Assembly: GCA_003427395.1 (NCBI GenBank)
Contig: BFEA01000034.1
Location: 3,121,876-3,185,875 of the forward strand
Length of the DNA stretch: 64,000 bases
Direction: 5' to 3'
Source of the DNA: Chara braunii
Taxonomy: Eukaryota > Plantae > Charophyceae
The translations under genes were made by a program, and so were the position numbers. Under the pieces are notes generated by a model. It was not told the origin of the DNA. It made no database searches and was given only the letters and a program-made list of their open reading frames with translations. The stretch's first letter is position 1; each line of letters starts with the position of its first letter. Below, piece after piece: positions 62,726 through 64,000 of the stretch.

Positions 62726-63223
62726 TTATATAATCTTTTTATACAATAAGTAGGATACCAACCCGCAGATCTCTTTCTGACATAATATAAACATCAAGAG
62801 TGATATACACATCTTCCTATGAGGAGGCGCAGACTGAGCGGCCACAGGAGGGTCAGGCACGCGAGGTGCTACTTGGGGTCCTTGTTGGTGAGGCTGGGGA
62901 AGGACAACCAACTGTCGTTCTTGAGACAGCTGGTAAGGGCTATGATGCGGGCGGCTAGGCGGTTCGAAGCGTGGNGGAGACTCTCCGTAACGCCTTGCGT
63001 ACCTATACGAATAGTAAGCCATTTCCTCAGGGTTCGGGGTATGCATGCGCCTCTCCTCCCGATACCTCCTTGCCCTCAATCCGTCCTCCTTCTCTTCCGA
63101 CCCTTTATCATCTTCTCCCCAGTCTTCTCATTTCTTAGTCAAATCTATAGGTCTTTCAAGTGCCTTCCCTTGTCTGCCGCCTCTTCCTCTACCAGTACCG
63201 GTCCCACGACCTTTAGGTGCCAT
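62726..63223 (-). pseudogene. Short basic/Pro-rich accessory ORF just inside the PBS
   Basis: MAPKGRGTGTGRGRGGRQG... in frame with ORF 62726-63079; one TGA at 63128-30. Confidence 0.5.
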
Positions 63224-63437
63224 ATTTGTTTTACTTTTATTTTAAGGCGGGTAATCGCACCTAGGTATTAGTTAACCTATACCCTACACACTGACTTGTC
63301 GAATACTTGTTACTAACAACACGAGTCACCTTATTCCGCTTTGACCCTTAGTTAATTTTTACTTCGGTTATTGTCATTTTGCCAGGATCTTGCTTTACCC
63401 GAGTTCGTACTCTAAGGACCTCGGCTAGGAAGCGAGA

Positions 63438-63455
63438 TCCCCGGCAACGGCGCCA
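63438..63455 (-). promoter_or_regulatory. Primer-binding site complementary to the tRNA-Asp 3' end
   Basis: Minus strand TGGCGCCGTTGCCGGGGA, 2 nt inside the LTR end. Confidence 0.9.
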
Positions 63456-63457
63456 CC

Positions 63458-64000
63458 TGTCGCTCGTGGCGGTCCCGCACCCCGCTGGGAGCGCTGAACC
63501 TCACGGTCGTGTCACGCAGGATGTATTTTTGAAAATGGACCATTCACCACTCCGACCGTGCGCGCGTGCTATACCTCTCACGACGCCCTGCGACAGGTCG
63601 GGACGTCGCGAGGTACAACTTACCTCTACCCGAGGGGCTGTCACCACCCTCAGGTAGGCGTATCCCTGCTGAGCTACCGGCCCACATGCGAAGGCTTTTA
63701 CTTGCCTGAGTAGAGGTAGGTCGGCCGAGGGTGTTTGCTCGATCGCTTTAACATAAAATGGGGTACGCGCAGTAAGACGCCTAAGACTAACCCGTTAGAT
63801 ACTCAGGTCGAACTTTGAGACGATCGTCTTATTTCCGCTTTTGTTCTCAAAACACTTTCTCCTTCTGACCTCTATGATCAACGTATCAAAACCTTGTCAC
63901 TACCCAGATAATCTATTCTACTTAATGTATGATTGATCATCAGATAATATATAAGACTTGATTATGAATAGCGAGGTATTACCGCTGGGAACTCTTCCCA
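63458..64000 (-). repeat. 5' LTR (U5 end; continues beyond the window)
   Basis: Direct repeat of 43377-43918. Confidence 0.95.

Larger units (their letters stand above)
43377..64000 (-). mobile_element. Giant (>20 kb) Ty3/Gypsy LTR retrotransposon with accessory ORFs
   Basis: LTR copies begin tgtcgctcg at 43377 and 63458 (about 95% identical over about 540 bp by eye). tRNA-Asp PBS. gag-PR-RT-RH-IN order. Confidence 0.95.

Overview
Eukaryotic, repeat-rich window with several N-gaps. By inference it comes from a streptophyte alga (Chara-like: SECIS-bearing selenoprotein, giant Gypsy elements, Penelope-like remnants). The only host gene I can support is a selenoprotein T-like gene: exons 2012-2330 and 7090-7200, a 4.76-kb intron containing two MITEs, and a well-formed SECIS element at 7572-7638. 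Its Sec(UGA) exon was not found in the window. 8-32 kb is a mosaic of microsatellites, minisatellites, MITEs, a decayed Penelope-like RT, hammerhead-like remnants (2.6 and 7.9 kb), a long hairpin, three tandem tRNA-like units, an LTR-like fragment, an L1 ORF1 remnant and a Nextera mate-pair adapter artefact. 32-64 kb is a nested stack of related Ty3/Gypsy elements. The youngest (43377 to >64000, minus strand, tRNA-Asp PBS, multi-kb LTRs) has a complex, retrovirus-like layout. It carries three accessory ORFs upstream of gag (two are tandem paralogues) and an env-position ORF made of two capsid-like repeats plus a coiled coil. Each ORF is preceded by a 3' splice-site-like signal, and a conserved donor lies in the LTR.
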